A stretch of DNA of 56,252 nt, taken from NCBI GenBank assembly GCA_028282505.1, contig JANQHV010000411.1, positions 1 through 56,252 on the forward strand. Reading direction: 5' to 3'. The position numbers and the translations under genes were made by a program. The notes under the pieces were generated by a model that saw nothing but the letters and a program-made list of their open reading frames with translations, did not search any database and was not told the origin of the DNA. This DNA comes from SAR324 cluster bacterium (lineage in GTDB: Bacteria; SAR324; NAC60-12). Every line of letters starts with the position of its first letter. The first letter of the stretch is position 1. Below, piece after piece: positions 54,081-56,252 of this stretch.

Positions 54081-55169
54081 TCAGCATTCATCTGTTCGAT
54101 TGCAGACGATATTCATTTCAATCGGAGGAGGAGATTTGGGCAGGTTTTCAGGAATGGTCAGGGCTATTTCCAGGAAAAGATCTTCTGTGATTTGGTTTTT
54201 GACGGGGAGACTGTGATCCTGTTGAAACTTATTGAGAACGTTTAAAAGTGCCGTGTCCATTACACCATCTGTCATTTTACTGTCATATCCACGCTTTCGC
54301 AAAGTTTGCTGAATTAAAAAAATTCGTTGTTTGTTGGCTAAAGAACGGTAGTGTTGCTGCAAACTTTCGATGACGATGGGATCACGTTCACTATGAACAG
54401 GAGAGCACTTCCACCACGGCAGAGTCAAATAACGTCCTAAAGTTTGAATCACGCCCAAGTCCAGCAATGAACGAATGGCCTGATGACGAGCGGCCAGCCC
54501 CTTGGCTTTTGCACTCAAATCGATGCCTGTGCCAAAAATCGCCACATCAAAATCACCGCTGACATTAGAATCTTTCATTTCCAGGCTATTCACAGACTGA
54601 ACTTTTTGGACCATCACCATGCTGGGGATTTTTACCTAATTCAAATCTACAGTGACGACAGAAGACGTGATGCTTCGATCCACACTAAGGCCGCCATCTT
54701 CTCCATCCACCCCTACTCCAATATCATCATTCACAATGGCACGGTCATAGGCAGAAATTGTGGCATCCAAATAAATGGTGGGTTGTGGGATATTTTTGTC
54801 GGTTTTCGGAATGGGCATCCCATACAGTTTGAATAAATTGGACAAGAGGACGGGATAGTTGGCAACATAATAAACTTGCCCGCCAATACCAACCACCGAG
54901 CTTTGTAGCATGGGAGTCGCATCAGTTGGAATTTCCCCCCCGGAAGAACGGGCAACTCCTGTAGCATCTTCTACTTTAGAAGACATGATATAAAGAGGAG
55001 GACGCTGATATGCCTGGGTCAATCGCCCAAAGCAACTCAGGGCCTCTGTAAAATCGGTACGGGTTCTGACCGGTTTATTGGGAATGGGAGGTTCTAAATA
55101 TTTTTTGGGAGTGAGATAACTACACGAAGATAATACAAAAATAGCAACAGAAAATAAAAACAGCTTCAT
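54081..55169 (-). pseudogene. CsgG/HfaB-family lipoprotein with a C-terminal PG_binding_1-like domain, split by one in-frame TAG (54636-54638)
   Basis: Lipobox VLSSC. ..YIMSSKVEDATG..TDATPMLQSS.. and ..YLDATISAYDRAIVNDDIGVGVDG...SSVVTVDLN*V.. align by eye with CsgG VYNIQDETGQ / SATAMLVTAL / IIGYESNVKSGGVGA..QIAVNLRVVNV. ORFs 54636-55169 and 54081-54620 are in the same frame, separated by TAG plus 5 sense codons. The tail ..GYDSKMTDGVMDTALLNVLNKFQQDHSLPV.. is like a peptidoglycan-binding domain. Confidence 0.65.
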
Positions 55170-55194
55170 AGGTATTGCTGGCAGTATGAGGAGG

Positions 55195-55509
55195 TCATTT
55201 CACAATGAATGTGATGTCTCTTGTGGTCAATGTGATATTTAACTCTTCAACTCTGGCTCCTTTTTCAATAATAGGACTGGCAATCAGCAAGGAAGATTTG
55301 TCTCCTTCTTCACTCAAAATAATATCTTCTGCTTTGGAGATCTTATCTTTTAAACGACGCCGTCTTGCTTTTTTGCGCAATGTATCCGTTGATTGTGGTT
55401 TTTCATAGTAACTCAGCTTAGGGATTTTAGGAGAATCTTTGTGAATACTTTCCTCGGCAAATACCGTCACAGACCAAATACAACACAAGATCAATCCAAG
55501 CAAACGCAT
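55195..55509 (-). CDS. Small secreted basic protein upstream of the CsgG-like gene
   Basis: Signal peptide MRLLGLILCCIWSVTVFA. 104 aa, with a KKARRRRLKDK stretch. No family recognised. Confidence 0.45.
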   Translation of the reverse strand: MRLLGLILCCIWSVTVFAEESIHKDSPKIPKLSYYEKPQSTDTLRKKARRRRLKDKISKAEDIILSEEGDKSSLLIASPIIEKGARVEELNITLTTRDITFIVK

Positions 55510-55690
55510 ATTAGTTCCCTTCTGTAATTATTTTCAAGTGGAAAGCGTCCTTCCCAAATTTATAGATCATTGATTATACTGTCTACTTATAACAGCTTTG
55601 ACTCCTCTTGAGAAGTCTTTAAAAGTCATGTAAACGAGGAATCGCAGAGAGGTGTTTGGCAGGATGCGGCTTTAAGAAGCTAAATGGCAA

Positions 55691-55720
55691 GTGAGGCTGC
55701 AATCAGATTGTCAGCCTCAC
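55691..55720 (-). terminator. Hairpin (about 14-bp stem with one bulge) between the small-secreted-protein genes
   Basis: gtgaggctgcaatc / gattgtcagcctcac. On the minus strand it is followed by ttgccattt. Confidence 0.35.
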
Positions 55721-55814
55721 CAGGAGACGCCACGCAGAAAAAGAGATTTAGATGTTTAGACGGCAACTGATATTTTCAGAATATGAGCAAGAACTTCTTG
55801 CTGAGCTGCTTGAA

Positions 55815-56134
55815 TTATTTGACAGTGGTTTTTGTATTCTCACCAAGTTGTACTCCACCGAGCATGAGTCCTGCCTGCCCTGTAATTGTATTGACCTTTA
55901 TCGGATTTGCATCCACCTGGATGGCCACATCTCCTTCGATCTCGCTATTGTCTATTGCCGTCACTTGCCCGATAAAGGTAGTTACTTTCCCAATAAAGGA
56001 ACCTTTATTGATTGTAATGCATTGAAGATAATATTATTTTCATTAAGATCAAAATCGTCTGCATAGACAGTCGAAAAGGCTCCTACCAATAAACACACCG
56101 TTAATAGTATTTTAAGAGTTCTTGAATATTTCAT
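55815..56134 (-). pseudogene. Small secreted repeat protein, apparently frameshifted (signal peptide in one frame, mature domain in another)
   Basis: MKYSRTLKILLTVCLLVGAFSTVYADD.. (RBS gaggga) stops at 55982. The frame open from 56033 to 55815 reads ..ITINKGSFIGKVTTFIGQVTAIDNSEIEGDVAIQVDANPIKVNTITGQAGLMLGGVQLGENTKTTVK*, which is homologous to the upstream partial paralog. Confidence 0.5.
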
Positions 56135-56154
56135 GATTTCCCTCGCTTCAAGAA

Positions 56155-56252
56155 TTAATACCACCAGTTATTGCTGTTTTCACCCATCTTGACTCCACCG
56201 ATGGAGAGCTTGGTGTGTCCATTATTTGTGTCAACATCCACTTGCTCAGCTT
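56155..56252 (-). CDS. 3' end of a paralogous small secreted repeat protein (5' end beyond the window)
   Basis: Reads ..AEQVDVDTNNGHTKLSIGGVKMGENSNNWWY*. It shares the QVD...L..GGV..GEN motif with the next gene. Confidence 0.45.
   Translation of the reverse strand, partial: AEQVDVDTNNGHTKLSIGGVKMGENSNNWWY

Noticed and set aside
54636-54638. Pyrrolysine decoding of the in-frame TAG in the CsgG-like gene
   Set aside because: No pyl genes are present, and I saw no other TAG-interrupted gene in the window. A nonsense mutation or a sequencing error is the simpler explanation, so it is listed only as something to exclude.
55752-56066. Plus-strand ORFs of 104 and 80 aa at the right end of the window
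   Set aside because: They are antisense to the small secreted repeat-protein gene. The minus-strand reading has an RBS, a signal peptide and a paralog with the same motif.

Overview
This window looks like AT-rich chromosomal DNA from a Gram-negative bacterium, since lpxA, a CsgG-like lipoprotein and outer-membrane beta-barrels are present. The taxon cannot be fixed without a database search. All family calls come from reading motifs in the supplied translations; no search was run.

Recognisable housekeeping genes are nuoN, mtaB, glnB, pheS, lpxA, purC and yggS-proC-yggT. They mostly occur as orphans outside their usual operons. Signalling genes are dense: a PAS hybrid histidine kinase, a REC-adenylate/guanylate cyclase, a CheA-type kinase with a cNMP-binding-like domain, an ECF sigma factor and a STAS protein. 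There are also many secreted or lipoprotein hypotheticals.

The first ~5.7 kb is a mobile-element graveyard. It holds two inverted, truncated IS982-like copies, three different MITE/foldback families, a truncated asnB and a BrnT/BrnA toxin-antitoxin pair. Further MITE copies lie at ~14.4 kb and ~33.6 kb.

The most interesting candidate is an 883-aa single-gene Roc-COR GTPase fused to a C-terminal TIR domain (40319-42970). It sits just downstream of a decayed receiver-domain gene fragment and looks like an NLR-like immune or abortive-infection switch. Other notable items:
- a curli/holdfast-like locus whose CsgG/HfaB-type channel gene carries one in-frame TAG and whose putative substrate gene is frameshifted
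- a NadD-PncC fusion
- a periplasmic-binding-protein-MscS channel fusion
- a Xer-like recombinase with degenerate catalytic residues
- a stand-alone RapZ C-terminal domain

I recognised no rRNA, tRNA or CRISPR array.
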